Part shown: piece by piece, positions 18,979 through 29,558 of the stretch
Layout: each line of letters opens with the position of its first letter
How positions within the stretch are numbered: the stretch's first letter is position 1
DNA from: Candidatus Ozemobacteraceae bacterium
GTDB lineage: Bacteria > Muiribacteriota > Ozemobacteria > Ozemobacterales > Ozemobacteraceae
Direction of reading: 5' to 3'
Length of the DNA stretch: 64,000 nt
Assembly: GCA_965140445.1 (NCBI GenBank)
Contig: OZ223236.1
Location: 2,208,001-2,272,000 of the forward strand
The notes under the pieces: generated by a model
What the model was told of the DNA's origin: nothing
The model's input: only the letters and a program-made list of their open reading frames with translations
Databases searched by the model: none
Position numbers and translations under genes: made by a program

Positions 18979-19647
18979 TTAGTCTTTGATTGCCTCATAA
19001 TAGATGTTTTTATGGGCCTCTTCAGCAAATAATTCCTTATTTAGAATCCGGAAACCGGCGTCGGTAATTTCTGCTTCGATTTCATCTGGAAGCCCAAAAT
19101 ACCTTGTAGCAATGCCGTTTACGATAGCAATTTTGCTGGATTCATCATATCCATTTACCAAACCAGGTAAAACCGGCCCGCACATCGTATCTATCAGAAG
19201 GTAACCACCAGGTTTTAAAACTCTTTTTGCTTCAGCAAGAAAGGTCTTTCTGTCTTCACCAATTATGCAGTGATAGCAGTGGCCATCGACAACCAGATCA
19301 AAGGTTTCGTCGGCAAAAGGAGACAGGTCGAGAACACTTCCTACATGAAAATCTGCATCAATGTTAGCTGTAGCTGCTTTTTTACGCGCCCAATCTATTG
19401 CTGTAGGAGAAATGTCTATTCCGCTAACTTCAAAACCAAACTTCTTGGCATACCACAAAGGCGTGTTGCCTGCTCCACATCCCATTTCAAGGAGTTTTCC
19501 ATGCCTTGGCGCGTTACCATTTGCAAAAATATGTGACAAAAAGGCTTCTCTTTCTCTATAAGCCTCTTCGGTTTGATCCCAGCCAATTGTATCGTCCTGT
19601 AATCTCTTCTGGTAAACCTGGTCGTGTCCTTCATAAAACGTTTTCAT
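18979..19647 (-). CDS. Class I SAM-dependent methyltransferase
   Basis: LLEMGCGAG, GIDIS, FDLVVD, RVLKPGG. Confidence 0.92.
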   Translation of the reverse strand: MKTFYEGHDQVYQKRLQDDTIGWDQTEEAYREREAFLSHIFANGNAPRHGKLLEMGCGAGNTPLWYAKKFGFEVSGIDISPTAIDWARKKAATANIDADFHVGSVLDLSPFADETFDLVVDGHCYHCIIGEDRKTFLAEAKRVLKPGGYLLIDTMCGPVLPGLVNGYDESSKIAIVNGIATRYFGLPDEIEAEITDAGFRILNKELFAEEAHKNIYYEAIKD

Positions 19648-19685
19648 AATATTTCCTTGTATCAGGTATTGTTAGGGGTTGAATT

Positions 19686-20876
19686 TCAAAACTTTAAAAG
19701 TAATTCAACAAACTCTTGAAAATTGGTAGTTTCGTTTGCAGAAGTGTAGTGTATCAGTCTCACTCCAACAATTTTCTTCTCAGGAATGATCACAAGATAT
19801 TGGCCAAGATGACCTTCGGCGACATAAGCCTTTGTTGGCCCAGGTTCTAATTGTCCATCAGGAAGGTTTTTTAATTTTGCTTCATTAAAAAACTTTTGAA
19901 CTTCAGCTAAATCGGGAAATAATTCGGAAAATTTTTCATGCAGATTTTTCCTGGAAAATTTTTGGTTTCTGATCTTTTCCAGTTGTTTGATAACATTGAT
20001 CGGAAGCTCTGCTGCTTTGTATTTCTCAATAAGCTCATCACCAAAAAAGATTTTTATTTTTTTCGGGTCAGATTTTAACCACCAAAGGTATCCGCAACCT
20101 TTTTCTAAATTCTGAGAAGGCGTAAGCATTTGATTTAACCAGTTTTGACTTATTATTTGTTCGCCATTCCAGATGCCATTTTGCAAGATTAGCTGACCAA
20201 TCTTGGCAAATGCCTTTGGACGCATATATAAACCACTCATTCCATAAGGATTTCCGGCTTTGTCTAAGGTCCAATTCCATTCTGATTCTTTAATTCCAAG
20301 TTTCGTAAAAAGTCTGGAATTCAAAAACTTATCCATTCTCATTCCAGTAGCTTTTAAAATGATTCCGGGCAGAATGTTTGTAGCATTATTGTTATAAAAA
20401 AAACTGTGCTCAGGTTTATTACTAAGTTTTGAGTTCAGAGCAAATTTTACAAAGTCGGAATTCACATATAATTTTTTGGTGGTCCGATCTGCTTCCAGGC
20501 CAGAAGTATGGTTCAACAGATGTTTAACTTGAATTTTTTTCTTATCACCCTCTGCCCACTCAGGAAAATAAGTAAAAACAGGTTCATTTACATTTTTAAT
20601 ATAACCCGCATCAATTGCTAAGCCTATAGCGATTGCAACAACTGATTTAGAGCATGACATGGTCAATATGGGATCTTTAAAGCGATTAGATGTGTAACTG
20701 AAAATTTCTTTCCCATTTTGTTGGATAAAAACTTCGTCGGAGTTGCTTGATTTGGATAAATCTTTGAGCTTGTTTATTTTTTCCTCAAAAGGAGTCGCAG
20801 CAAAGAGATTAAAATAACCAATAATTGAAATTAGACAGAGTGCAACTCTTATAGCAGGTCTGAATCTTTTTATCAT
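19686..20876 (-). CDS. Serine hydrolase, beta-lactamase/PBP fold (AmpC/NylB-like)
   Basis: Signal peptide, SCSK (SxxK), LLNHTSGL, YNN, GYLWW, GHLGQ. Confidence 0.88.
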   Translation of the reverse strand: MIKRFRPAIRVALCLISIIGYFNLFAATPFEEKINKLKDLSKSSNSDEVFIQQNGKEIFSYTSNRFKDPILTMSCSKSVVAIAIGLAIDAGYIKNVNEPVFTYFPEWAEGDKKKIQVKHLLNHTSGLEADRTTKKLYVNSDFVKFALNSKLSNKPEHSFFYNNNATNILPGIILKATGMRMDKFLNSRLFTKLGIKESEWNWTLDKAGNPYGMSGLYMRPKAFAKIGQLILQNGIWNGEQIISQNWLNQMLTPSQNLEKGCGYLWWLKSDPKKIKIFFGDELIEKYKAAELPINVIKQLEKIRNQKFSRKNLHEKFSELFPDLAEVQKFFNEAKLKNLPDGQLEPGPTKAYVAEGHLGQYLVIIPEKKIVGVRLIHYTSANETTNFQEFVELLLKF

Positions 20877-21074
20877 TTTTAACCCTCTGTAGGTTTTACT
20901 ATGGTTTGATCTTACTAAGAAATCGAAAGAGCCGCAAACCTGATAGAATTGTTAATTTTGTATTTCTACTCGCTTTGGGATTGTGAAAATTTGTTCATTG
21001 TAATGGCAGATTTGCGTAAAATTTCGTATAATCAGAAATATTAATAGAGTACCGCATATCTCAGGGGGTAGAAG

Positions 21075-23675
21075 GTGAAAAACCGACTTTTCAGACAAAT
21101 ACTGCATTTTGTTTTAATAATTTCCTTTATGGGAGCCTGTCCAGGCATTTCTGACGGGCTAAAACTATGGGCTCAAAGTGAAACCGAGGCAGCCAGTTCT
21201 GTAAATTCTGGCGCAGCTGTTTCGGTTGAATCACTTACAGCTACTCCAAGTGCAGCTATTAGCGGGAATGGCGATAACCCCTTTGCGGTCAATTCTACCG
21301 GTAACGAAGAAGCGGTAATTGACGTAGCAAGCGCTTCCATGGAAGTAAAACCTGCAGAGGCAAAAGTTACCAAAAAAATGAGTCGGGCAGAGCAACTCGC
21401 CTGGACTATTGGTAAAGCTTTGCTTCCGACTCTTGCTGTAATGGCATTTGGTGCCGCCATTGCATGTCCACTTGTGTGGGTAGTTGTCGGATCAGTAATT
21501 ATCGGTGCTGCTACAGCTGGTATAACGACTTTCGCCTATGAAAGCAGAATGAATCAGTTTAGAGATGAAGGCAAAAAGAAATCCCAGGATAAAATTTTGC
21601 GGGACGTGTCCATTGCCGCAGCAGTAGAAGGCGCAATGGCTCCATTCTCATTATTATCGGCTGGCTTTGTTAAGGCTATTGGACCTGTAACGATAAAGTC
21701 TATTGTTACAGCAGCAGCAAAGACCGGTGCAACCCAGTTTATTGGCGGAACCATTTCCAACGTAGTTAAGGGCTCTGTTACCAACCTGTGGTATGACCAT
21801 TACTATAATTACGATGACGAAGAAGAGAAGCTAAAGGCCGAGTTAGACGTTATTAATAACAAGGCTAATCCAACTGAAGATGAAAAGTTTCGCGCAGTTG
21901 AAATAATGCAACGCATGGACGTTCTCCAAAAAGAAAAGTATACGATGCAGAATTTTGTTAACGATGAGAAAAAGACAGCGGTTACTGCTGCTATTAGCGG
22001 TGTTCTGGGTGGAGCAGCTACTCAAATTGCTGGAAATCAGAACTGGGCCAAGATTGCTTCAGATAAGCTTTTCAAATCTCCAAAAAATGCAGGTTTGGTA
22101 GCTAAAGCAGTTGTTAGTAACCCATTTGCTTTTATGTCTGGAGCAGCTAATGCGGGTCTCCAGAAAAGAGAAATGGATGCTGAGATAGCAAGATGTAAGA
22201 AGCTTCAGGAAAGCTATCCAGAAGGTTCACCAGCTAATTCCTATTATGGTGATAAGATCAAAGGCCTTCAGGATGCAAAAGCCAAGATCAGTGCAATGCA
22301 ATCCGGTACAGATGCAATGATAAACAATATGGCAGTTCAATCAGCCGGTTTAACCGTTGCTGTGGCTCGCGCCCGACTTTGGGACCTTCCACATGCTCGC
22401 AGGGCAGAAATAGATAAAAAGATTAAAGAAAATAGCCCTGAATGGCAGCAAGCTGAAAAAATTAAGGCCAGCGCAGATGCCCTGAGAGCTACTCCGCCAA
22501 AACGAGAAAATTACAGCTCAAGAGCTGATTATTACAAAGCTGTAGCTGCCCACAAACAACAAATTTCAAAATTGGATACTGAATATAAAGCTGCAAAAGT
22601 TGTAGCTGTTGATTCTGACAGCTCTCTTGCAGGGAAAGCTTTAAAAGCGCAGGTTACCGAAGAAGTGGATGCCAATATCGATCTCCAGAGAAAAATTGAT
22701 CTGGCTAAATCCATGGGTGACGAAGCTTATCTTAAGTTCAAAATGGATGAGATTAAGAAAAAAGCCCTGGCTAATGATCAGGAAATAGATGACGACGATA
22801 TCAGAAGACAAGCGGTGGATGAGTTTAAGGCTGAATACGATAAGGCGGCAAAAAAGAGCGCTGAGAGTCTGGCCAAAATGGAAGAAAAGCTTACTTTGCG
22901 CAAGGATCTAAAAGATGTTAAAGGCAAGATCGTTACCGATGAAGAAGGCAAAAAATTCGTAGTATTGGAAGATGCAAACGGCGTTGAAAAATATCGCAGA
23001 GCAGTAACTGAACCAAAAGTTACCTGGTATAACAAGTTTTTCCAGAAAGATCCCGCTCAGAGGGAACTAAAAGACATTGAAGCTGCTTTTAGAATCGCCA
23101 ATGCCGGTGGCGCAATGGTTAAGCCTTCTGATTATCGAAAATCATACGTTGATATGAAGGTTAATGAGCTTAAGGCGCAGGGCTTAACCCATGAACAGGT
23201 AAATTTACAAATGGCGGGAATTGTTGATGAAGCTAACTCTGCCATGATGGGCACCTTTGGTGGGAACTGGGCGTCTGTTGCACAAGCAGAAATGCTTTCA
23301 GCTGGTTTGACCAAGGCTAAATACAATAACGGTGAACCACCTGATCTTCAGGCTATTTACAATGCTTTCCAGACAACCGCCCAGGCAAAAATCATTGCTG
23401 AATTCCAGAAAGAGCTTTCTAACCAGGCGAAAGCTTATACCTTAACTCCTCTTAAAAACACATTAACTGGCGGAAAAAGTGACACTGCAGGAAATAAATT
23501 TATAAATACCGCCCTTGATACTGCATTTAAAGATGGAATTGCTAAAACCACTGATGCTCAGGTAAAGTCGCTTTATCAGAAGGTTGAAGGGAATGCCACC
23601 TCTGTAGTTAAAGAAATAGCAACTGAAGCCACATACAATTATGGCGCAAATGCTTCTGGAACTGCCGATCAGTAG
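21075..23675 (+). CDS. Large hypothetical exported/membrane protein with Ala/Gly-rich helices and coiled coils
   Basis: 866-aa ORF, GGGGG RBS with GTG start, signal-like N-terminus, hydrophobic hairpin, followed by a terminator. Confidence 0.8.
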   Translation: MKNRLFRQILHFVLIISFMGACPGISDGLKLWAQSETEAASSVNSGAAVSVESLTATPSAAISGNGDNPFAVNSTGNEEAVIDVASASMEVKPAEAKVTKKMSRAEQLAWTIGKALLPTLAVMAFGAAIACPLVWVVVGSVIIGAATAGITTFAYESRMNQFRDEGKKKSQDKILRDVSIAAAVEGAMAPFSLLSAGFVKAIGPVTIKSIVTAAAKTGATQFIGGTISNVVKGSVTNLWYDHYYNYDDEEEKLKAELDVINNKANPTEDEKFRAVEIMQRMDVLQKEKYTMQNFVNDEKKTAVTAAISGVLGGAATQIAGNQNWAKIASDKLFKSPKNAGLVAKAVVSNPFAFMSGAANAGLQKREMDAEIARCKKLQESYPEGSPANSYYGDKIKGLQDAKAKISAMQSGTDAMINNMAVQSAGLTVAVARARLWDLPHARRAEIDKKIKENSPEWQQAEKIKASADALRATPPKRENYSSRADYYKAVAAHKQQISKLDTEYKAAKVVAVDSDSSLAGKALKAQVTEEVDANIDLQRKIDLAKSMGDEAYLKFKMDEIKKKALANDQEIDDDDIRRQAVDEFKAEYDKAAKKSAESLAKMEEKLTLRKDLKDVKGKIVTDEEGKKFVVLEDANGVEKYRRAVTEPKVTWYNKFFQKDPAQRELKDIEAAFRIANAGGAMVKPSDYRKSYVDMKVNELKAQGLTHEQVNLQMAGIVDEANSAMMGTFGGNWASVAQAEMLSAGLTKAKYNNGEPPDLQAIYNAFQTTAQAKIIAEFQKELSNQAKAYTLTPLKNTLTGGKSDTAGNKFINTALDTAFKDGIAKTTDAQVKSLYQKVEGNATSVVKEIATEATYNYGANASGTADQ

Positions 23676-23699
23676 TAATCTGTTAAAACTAGTATAAAG

Positions 23700-23734
23700 A
23701 AAGCCCGTTTTTCATTTTTTGAAGAGCGGGCTTT
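23700..23734. terminator. Hairpin terminator between convergent genes
   Basis: AAAGCCCGTTTTTCA-ttttt-TGAAGAGCGGGCTTT. Confidence 0.75.
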
Positions 23735-23735
23735 G

Positions 23736-24266
23736 CTAGTTTTCAATAGCAAAGTTTGATTCATCTTCTTTTGAAAAATCTCGCCCAAACTGGGCCATTT
23801 GAGATTCAAAATCTCCAACTTTTGAAGGATTTTTCTGCATCATTTCTAACATTGATTTGAAAAGTTCCTGAAACTTTGGCGGGCAATCCTTTGTGTCTAT
23901 GTCTTTGCTGTTTTCATAGGCAAAGTCATAAAATGATTTATTGAAGGTTCCCTTGGAAAATTGCTCCTTAATACCAATATAGGCAAGCTTGATCATCCAT
24001 GTGTCTACGAGATATCTGGAAGACGCCAGGTCGATTTCATGGAGGACTTTTTTCATTGCAAGAATATTTATCTCTTTTTCAATCTTTTGCTTTTTGGCCT
24101 CTGGAAGCTTTGCTACTTTTTTATGCATTTGGCTGATCTTAGTCTTAAAATCAGCTATTTTTGCCTGATTTTCAGCTATGTCCGCCCCAATATTCTTATT
24201 AATCATGTAACGTGAAAAAGTTAGAAATATCAAAATACTAACTAAAGTCTGAATCAGTTTTCTCAT
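23736..24266 (-). CDS. Hypothetical protein with N-terminal TM anchor and coiled coil
   Basis: GAGGT RBS, hydrophobic N-terminus. Confidence 0.7.
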   Translation of the reverse strand: MRKLIQTLVSILIFLTFSRYMINKNIGADIAENQAKIADFKTKISQMHKKVAKLPEAKKQKIEKEINILAMKKVLHEIDLASSRYLVDTWMIKLAYIGIKEQFSKGTFNKSFYDFAYENSKDIDTKDCPPKFQELFKSMLEMMQKNPSKVGDFESQMAQFGRDFSKEDESNFAIEN

Positions 24267-24287
24267 AAATACCTCAGCAACTATTGA

Positions 24288-26615
24288 TTATTGAAAAACT
24301 ACGTCAACGCTCTCCAGGGCAGCCAGATTTCGAAATTCTACCTGAAACCTTTCTCTAAATTGGTTAAATAAACCAACCAGCTGTTGAGCATCAGGCTGAA
24401 AGCCAAATAGAAAGCCAAGCTGCTGCTTTTCAAACTCTATTAGTCGTGCCGGATCATCAGCCCAGAGAAGTGAGCCATAAAAAGCATAAGTTATTCTTGT
24501 AGAAATGTTAGCAGGATTTATTTCTACCGCTTTTTCAAGATGCTTTATTGCTTCAGCCATCTTTTCTTCTTTTCCCAACCCATCGCATTCTGTGCGATTC
24601 ACCATTGCCAGACCAACATACCCTTCTGGAAATGAAGGCCATTTACTAATCATGGATTCAAAGTCTTTTGCAGCATCATTAAGAAGAGCTGCAGCTTCGT
24701 TTTCCTCGCCGGATTTAATATGTGCTTTGGCAAGATGCATTCGAGTCAGGCCCCTTGTTCTAACTGCTTCAGCAATGCCTTTTTGAGAATTTACAAGATT
24801 GTCTAATTCCGAAATTTCCGGGAAAGCTCCCTGATTTAACATGAAATTCAATCTGTCCAGCTCTCCGGTTAAATCAATCCCACTATCAACAGAAGTGAAA
24901 AACAAAGTGGAGCATGACGGAAAGCTTAAAAGAGCTATGCCATATTTGTCGTCGGCTTTTTGCAGGGCGGATGAAATGCGGGTTTTAAGGGATGATTCAT
25001 CAGTGCCTGCGGGGAAAGAAGCAAACATTTCGCTCACAATAGATCGATTATTAACAATCATGTGACTTTGTTGTGTGTGGTTCCAGCTAAGGCTGATAGT
25101 TCCGCCCTTATATTGCTTTCGGTACTCATCCCGATTTAAATCGCTGACCAGATGAATGAAAACCGGATATTCAAATTCTTCTGAATTTTCCAGGAGTGAA
25201 AGCCATGCTCCTGGCTTATCTAGAGTGTTTTGAGAGTCTTCTGTAATCTTTGCTCCAGATGGATCGCTTTTTATAGCTTTTTTTAGTTTCATGGAATTGA
25301 TCCACGATGCTTTGAGGTCTTCCGGAATGTATGATTCTGAGGTGCTTTGAGCAAATTCGTTTTGCTCTTTCGGCATATTTACAACTTCCTGGAATATCTT
25401 CATAACGACTTCTCTGTCAACGGAAAGAGCGTTTGCAGTGGTTGCAAGAAGGGCTTTCTCGTCATCTTCCAAAATTCCGTCAGCCATGGCTATTTTTACT
25501 ATGCTTTTAAAGAAAACGCAGGGATCAAAGTCTCTGTCTGTGCTCTTTGGTAATTGTGTAACCTTATTAAAAATTCGCTGATAACTATCATTGGAAATCT
25601 CAAGATAATTTCTCATGTTGCGAATAACCTCTTCTTCAGAGGATGATAAGACTCCATCGCCGGCAATTTCTTTTAAAAGTTCGGTATATACCCACTCAAC
25701 ATTCAAAACAATTTCAGAAGAGTTGGCGGTGCCATCATCAGCTTCTCCACGGCTATAGGCTTCCATTAGAGCATTTCCCCAGCCTTGTGGTAGCTCATTT
25801 TGGCAATCAGAAAGTAGATTTTTTACCAGATCTATTTTCTCTGACTTTGAGGCACCATAAAACAAAAAAGTTTTGTCCCCAAAGTCGCAAAGGCGCCTGA
25901 ACCAGGTAATAATTTCTGGCAACGCCATAAACTCGCCTGAGATATATGGAGCGCGTTTAAAGAATGATAGAGTAAATCTCAACCTTTGTAGAAAAAGTGT
26001 GGTTCTTCTTGTATGCAGATAGCCGGTTAAATCCGCAATACAATCCTGTGCAAGACGCTTTACATCAAATCCCTCAACTGCAGAAATCATTCCTTTACTG
26101 TCAATACTGGTTTTAGCTTCTTTTTTTAGAAAGTCACTAAAGAGAGAGCTTTCCACAAAGTCGTTCAGCTTAAAATAATACAAGTAAGCGGTGAAATTCA
26201 TATTGGCAAAAAAGCCGTGGTTACCAGTAGTTGTAAAAAATCGAACTCCATTGAAAAAAATGTTAACAAAACCAACTGAGGGAATATGATTTTTTTTCTT
26301 GCAAGCCCTTATAAATAAGTCAGCAAAGACCAAAAGGTGGTTGTGAATTTCCAGAAGTTGTTCAGGATAAATCTCTGGTCTTATTCGAAGCTGATTTTGA
26401 AAAATCAAATGAGTTAAAAGTAGATCAACCGATTCAAGGTTTTTTGGAGAAAAAGTTTCAAGAATTCTTTTGTCTTCAAGATTCATTACAAACCCGTCGA
26501 GAACAAAATCTATTCCATCCTGCCATCCTCTTACCGCTTCCTGAAACGCAACTTGATGTTGCACTGGGATTCCGCTCAATGCATCGTTGAAGCTAAAGGG
26601 TTTTTCTTCTCTCAC
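24288..26615 (-). CDS. Protein with two TerB-like domains and C-terminal TPR repeats
   Basis: IAGDGVLSSSEEEVI and IAMADGILEDDEKALL TerB-like motifs; TPR-like EAIKHLEKAVEINP. GTG start at 26615 after GGGGGA preferred over 26663. Confidence 0.7.
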   Translation of the reverse strand: MREEKPFSFNDALSGIPVQHQVAFQEAVRGWQDGIDFVLDGFVMNLEDKRILETFSPKNLESVDLLLTHLIFQNQLRIRPEIYPEQLLEIHNHLLVFADLFIRACKKKNHIPSVGFVNIFFNGVRFFTTTGNHGFFANMNFTAYLYYFKLNDFVESSLFSDFLKKEAKTSIDSKGMISAVEGFDVKRLAQDCIADLTGYLHTRRTTLFLQRLRFTLSFFKRAPYISGEFMALPEIITWFRRLCDFGDKTFLFYGASKSEKIDLVKNLLSDCQNELPQGWGNALMEAYSRGEADDGTANSSEIVLNVEWVYTELLKEIAGDGVLSSSEEEVIRNMRNYLEISNDSYQRIFNKVTQLPKSTDRDFDPCVFFKSIVKIAMADGILEDDEKALLATTANALSVDREVVMKIFQEVVNMPKEQNEFAQSTSESYIPEDLKASWINSMKLKKAIKSDPSGAKITEDSQNTLDKPGAWLSLLENSEEFEYPVFIHLVSDLNRDEYRKQYKGGTISLSWNHTQQSHMIVNNRSIVSEMFASFPAGTDESSLKTRISSALQKADDKYGIALLSFPSCSTLFFTSVDSGIDLTGELDRLNFMLNQGAFPEISELDNLVNSQKGIAEAVRTRGLTRMHLAKAHIKSGEENEAAALLNDAAKDFESMISKWPSFPEGYVGLAMVNRTECDGLGKEEKMAEAIKHLEKAVEINPANISTRITYAFYGSLLWADDPARLIEFEKQQLGFLFGFQPDAQQLVGLFNQFRERFQVEFRNLAALESVDVVFQ

Positions 26616-26818
26616 TTTATTCCCCCAAAAATAGTTTAAATTGCTAAAAGCATTATAAACCATGAATGAATAAGAGATAAGTTCTTTTGTTGGAATAGCT
26701 TATCCAGAAAGCTGTGAAGTAGTTTTCTGGGAAAAATTGGACGAGCCATTTTCGTCGTTTTTTCATCTATTTATTTTTATTTTTGATACTTAAACCTGAG
26801 TTATGAGAAAGTATAAAA

Positions 26819-27289
26819 ATGAAAATCTCAAAACCAAATAGAATAAAACATGAGTATTCCCAGATTCTACTCGCTTCTCCAGAAGTGGTTTTTCCTCTGC
26901 TGTGCCCGGTTGAAGAAGAAAAGTGGGTTCCAGGCTGGAATCCGGATTTTGTAAAAAGCTTTTCAGGAGTAGCAGAACATAATTGCGTTTTTCAAACAAC
27001 CGAAAAATCTGTAAGCTCAGTATGGATCGTGAATTGCTTTGAACCTGAACCCCTGTATCTGGAAATGTATAAAGTCACTCCTGGTCATACAGTGGGCCAG
27101 CTATGCATCCAACTTTTTGCTCACAACCAAAAACAGACCAAGGCCGACATTTCATACGAATACACTTCGTTGAGCGAGACCGGAGACGAATTTCTGAAAA
27201 ACTTCACTTCAGATTACTACATCAAATTCATGCAAAACTGGGAGAACGCCATAAACCACTTCTTGAAAACCGGAGAGAAGATTGGTTAA
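26819..27289 (+). CDS. Hypothetical protein, SRPBCC/START-like fold probable
   Basis: ASPEVVFPLLCPVEEEKWVPGW N-terminus and C-terminal helix W...INHFL. Confidence 0.65.
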   Translation: MKISKPNRIKHEYSQILLASPEVVFPLLCPVEEEKWVPGWNPDFVKSFSGVAEHNCVFQTTEKSVSSVWIVNCFEPEPLYLEMYKVTPGHTVGQLCIQLFAHNQKQTKADISYEYTSLSETGDEFLKNFTSDYYIKFMQNWENAINHFLKTGEKIG

Positions 27290-27355
27290 GACCAATCGGT
27301 AAAGCACTATATAGTTGAGTTTTTGATGCTTCTATCCAGACGCTGAAATGGGATA

Positions 27356-27832
27356 TTATTCGCCTATCCGCTTAATCATTGACATGTCAGTTATCTGGTA
27401 TCCTATTGCCTGGTATAAGTTGATGGCGGTTTTATTGTGACCAAATACATGGAGTGAAATGGTTTCTATACCAAGTTCTTTTACTTTTTCTTCCAGGGCG
27501 ACCATTGTCTGCTTGCCATAACCTTTTTTTCTGAATTCTTCATCAATCTGAAAATCACAGATAAAAGCAGTTGGCTTTGATGCCTGAATTCTTTCTGCAA
27601 ACCATATCATTCCAACTTTTGTGCAAGCATTGTCATCTACAACTGAAAATAGATGTTGTTTTTTTGATGCTAATCCATCAGGAAGGTGGTGGAGAAACTC
27701 TTTTTCAGATTTCTGAAGGGCTTCTTCTGGAGCCCAATTTCCAGCTTTTACATGCTCATCAGCATAAATTTTTGTGGAACGCTTATAGTAAATTTCAAAT
27801 TCGCTCTCTGTCATAGGAACTAATCGAACCAT
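27356..27832 (-). CDS. GNAT family N-acetyltransferase
   Basis: FRKKGYG, LHVFGHNKTAINLY. Confidence 0.9.
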   Translation of the reverse strand: MVRLVPMTESEFEIYYKRSTKIYADEHVKAGNWAPEEALQKSEKEFLHHLPDGLASKKQHLFSVVDDNACTKVGMIWFAERIQASKPTAFICDFQIDEEFRKKGYGKQTMVALEEKVKELGIETISLHVFGHNKTAINLYQAIGYQITDMSMIKRIGE

Positions 27833-27910
27833 TCTTATTTTTCCTTTTTTTATATATCAAAAGACTTTAAACAGTATAAACCTGCCAAAAAAATGAGACA
27901 AGAATAAATC

Positions 27911-27961
27911 GGGAGGCGCCTTACTCAGTTCATTGATTTAAGTATGGTGTCCCCTTAATTA
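27911..27961. repeat. Degenerate copy of the REP-like palindrome at 39057
   Basis: Right arm TTAAGTATGGTGTCCCCTTAATTA differs by one base from 39089-39112; degenerate left arm GGGAGGCGCCTTACTCAGTT. Confidence 0.75.
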
Positions 27962-28088
27962 TCACCGAATTAAATCTCATTGAAAAGTCTGTCGGGTTTC
28001 TATATAAATAGGTGAATAGTTAGTAGGTAAATCCAGCTCAATGATTTGGATTTAAAGAAAATTTCTGCAAAATATAATTGAGGATAAA

Positions 28089-29522
28089 ATGAAAATGAAA
28101 AAAGCCACTTTTGCACTTTTGTTGATTTTCCTTGTTGCACTTTTAAATCCTGCTTTAAGTGAGAGCAACATTGAAGTCCCGGAACATCTTAAAAATTACA
28201 TAGACTGTGTTGAAAAGAAGATTCCTTACAAAAAAATAAGTGATAAAGAAGGTTTCCCTCTAATCCTTTCAAGAGAGAAATACATCGAAGACATAGACAT
28301 GATGGAATATCTTTTTGATAACGCTTACGCTGGAAAGGCTTATTGGGAAAAAAATGGCATGGATTTTAAAGCCTTTTTCCAGGAAAGAAGAGATAAAACC
28401 AAAAACGCTGATTGGATTGGTCTGGAAAAATTTATGGACGTTGTTGAAAAAGGTTTCGCACCTATTTGTGACAATCATATGAGCATAACTGGTTCAAGGC
28501 TTTTAAGATTCGGCAAGCACAAACAGGCATATTTTTCGAATCTTCTTGTTGGAAAGGTTGCTGCCGGGTTTGAGGTTTTATCAAGTCTGGAGCCTGAAGT
28601 TGCCACTGGAAGTATTTATACTGGAAGCAAAGACCTGTTGTTCCCGACTTTGAGCCCTGAAAGGTCAGAGCACTTTCTTGTCGGGACTTTTACTTTTGAA
28701 CCTGTAGAGACAATAGAGCTGAACTTTGGAAATAAGACGACTGTTGTTTCTGTCCATAAATGCCGTGCAGGCTCATTTGAGAATCCAGATGAAGAAGCAG
28801 TTAAACAAGAAAGAATAAAAGGTATTCCTGTTGTTTCCGTAAGAAGTTTTTCAGCTCCCCATGAAATTCTTGATAAATTTGCCAGGTCAGGTAGCAAATT
28901 TAGAAAGGAAAAAATCCTTGTCTATAACCTGATGAAAAACAGTGGGGGAGGGTCTGCTTATGGAGGGAAGTTTATCGAAAACCTAAATGATGTTGCAGAT
29001 TGGCGTCGAACAGGTGGAACGCTGGAGTCTGCCCCTACAATACAGGAAAAAGCTAAAACTCCTGAGGAAAATATGGGTTATGACAAAAAAGAATATCTTG
29101 AAGCAAAAATAAAGGCCAGAAATCCTGAATCTTGTTCATATCGTAGATGGTTACTTGCTCCGCCATACGGTGAACAGAAAAAAGGATCTTATAAGGGCAA
29201 GCTTATTGTAATTGGTAACAGAAGAGTCGCTTCAGCAGGTGAATCTGGAGTTGCTTACTGTCGATCCGTGAAAAACTGCATATTTGTTGGGGAAAACACC
29301 TATGGGATGGGGATGTTTGGGAATGCTGTCAAATATGTTTTACCAAATTCAAGAATTACTCTTCGACTTTGTAAATCCTTGTTTATAATGCCAGATTTTG
29401 AAGAAGGTGTTGGCTTTATACCTGATTTGTGGGTAGATTCTGCTGATACAGTTAACGAAATCATAGAGTGGTTAAAAAACCCAAAAAAATACCAGTTTAA
29501 GTTACATAAGGCCGAAAACTAA
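28089..29522 (+). CDS. S41 family peptidase (secreted)
   Basis: Signal peptide, NLMKNSGGG, VASAGE, VGENTYG, GVGFIPD. Confidence 0.85.
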   Translation: MKMKKATFALLLIFLVALLNPALSESNIEVPEHLKNYIDCVEKKIPYKKISDKEGFPLILSREKYIEDIDMMEYLFDNAYAGKAYWEKNGMDFKAFFQERRDKTKNADWIGLEKFMDVVEKGFAPICDNHMSITGSRLLRFGKHKQAYFSNLLVGKVAAGFEVLSSLEPEVATGSIYTGSKDLLFPTLSPERSEHFLVGTFTFEPVETIELNFGNKTTVVSVHKCRAGSFENPDEEAVKQERIKGIPVVSVRSFSAPHEILDKFARSGSKFRKEKILVYNLMKNSGGGSAYGGKFIENLNDVADWRRTGGTLESAPTIQEKAKTPEENMGYDKKEYLEAKIKARNPESCSYRRWLLAPPYGEQKKGSYKGKLIVIGNRRVASAGESGVAYCRSVKNCIFVGENTYGMGMFGNAVKYVLPNSRITLRLCKSLFIMPDFEEGVGFIPDLWVDSADTVNEIIEWLKNPKKYQFKLHKAEN

Positions 29523-29558
29523 TAGCAAAGGGTTTTAGGGAAAAATTAAAGCAAGTTA

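Noticed and set aside
19660..19686. CCCTAAC after the serine hydrolase stop as an attC R'' box
   Set aside because: Only ~38 nt are intergenic, with no R' and no palindrome.
19686..20876. Second true beta-lactamase (AmpC)
   Set aside because: It lacks KTG and resembles esterase/amidase members of the fold; resistance is not supported.
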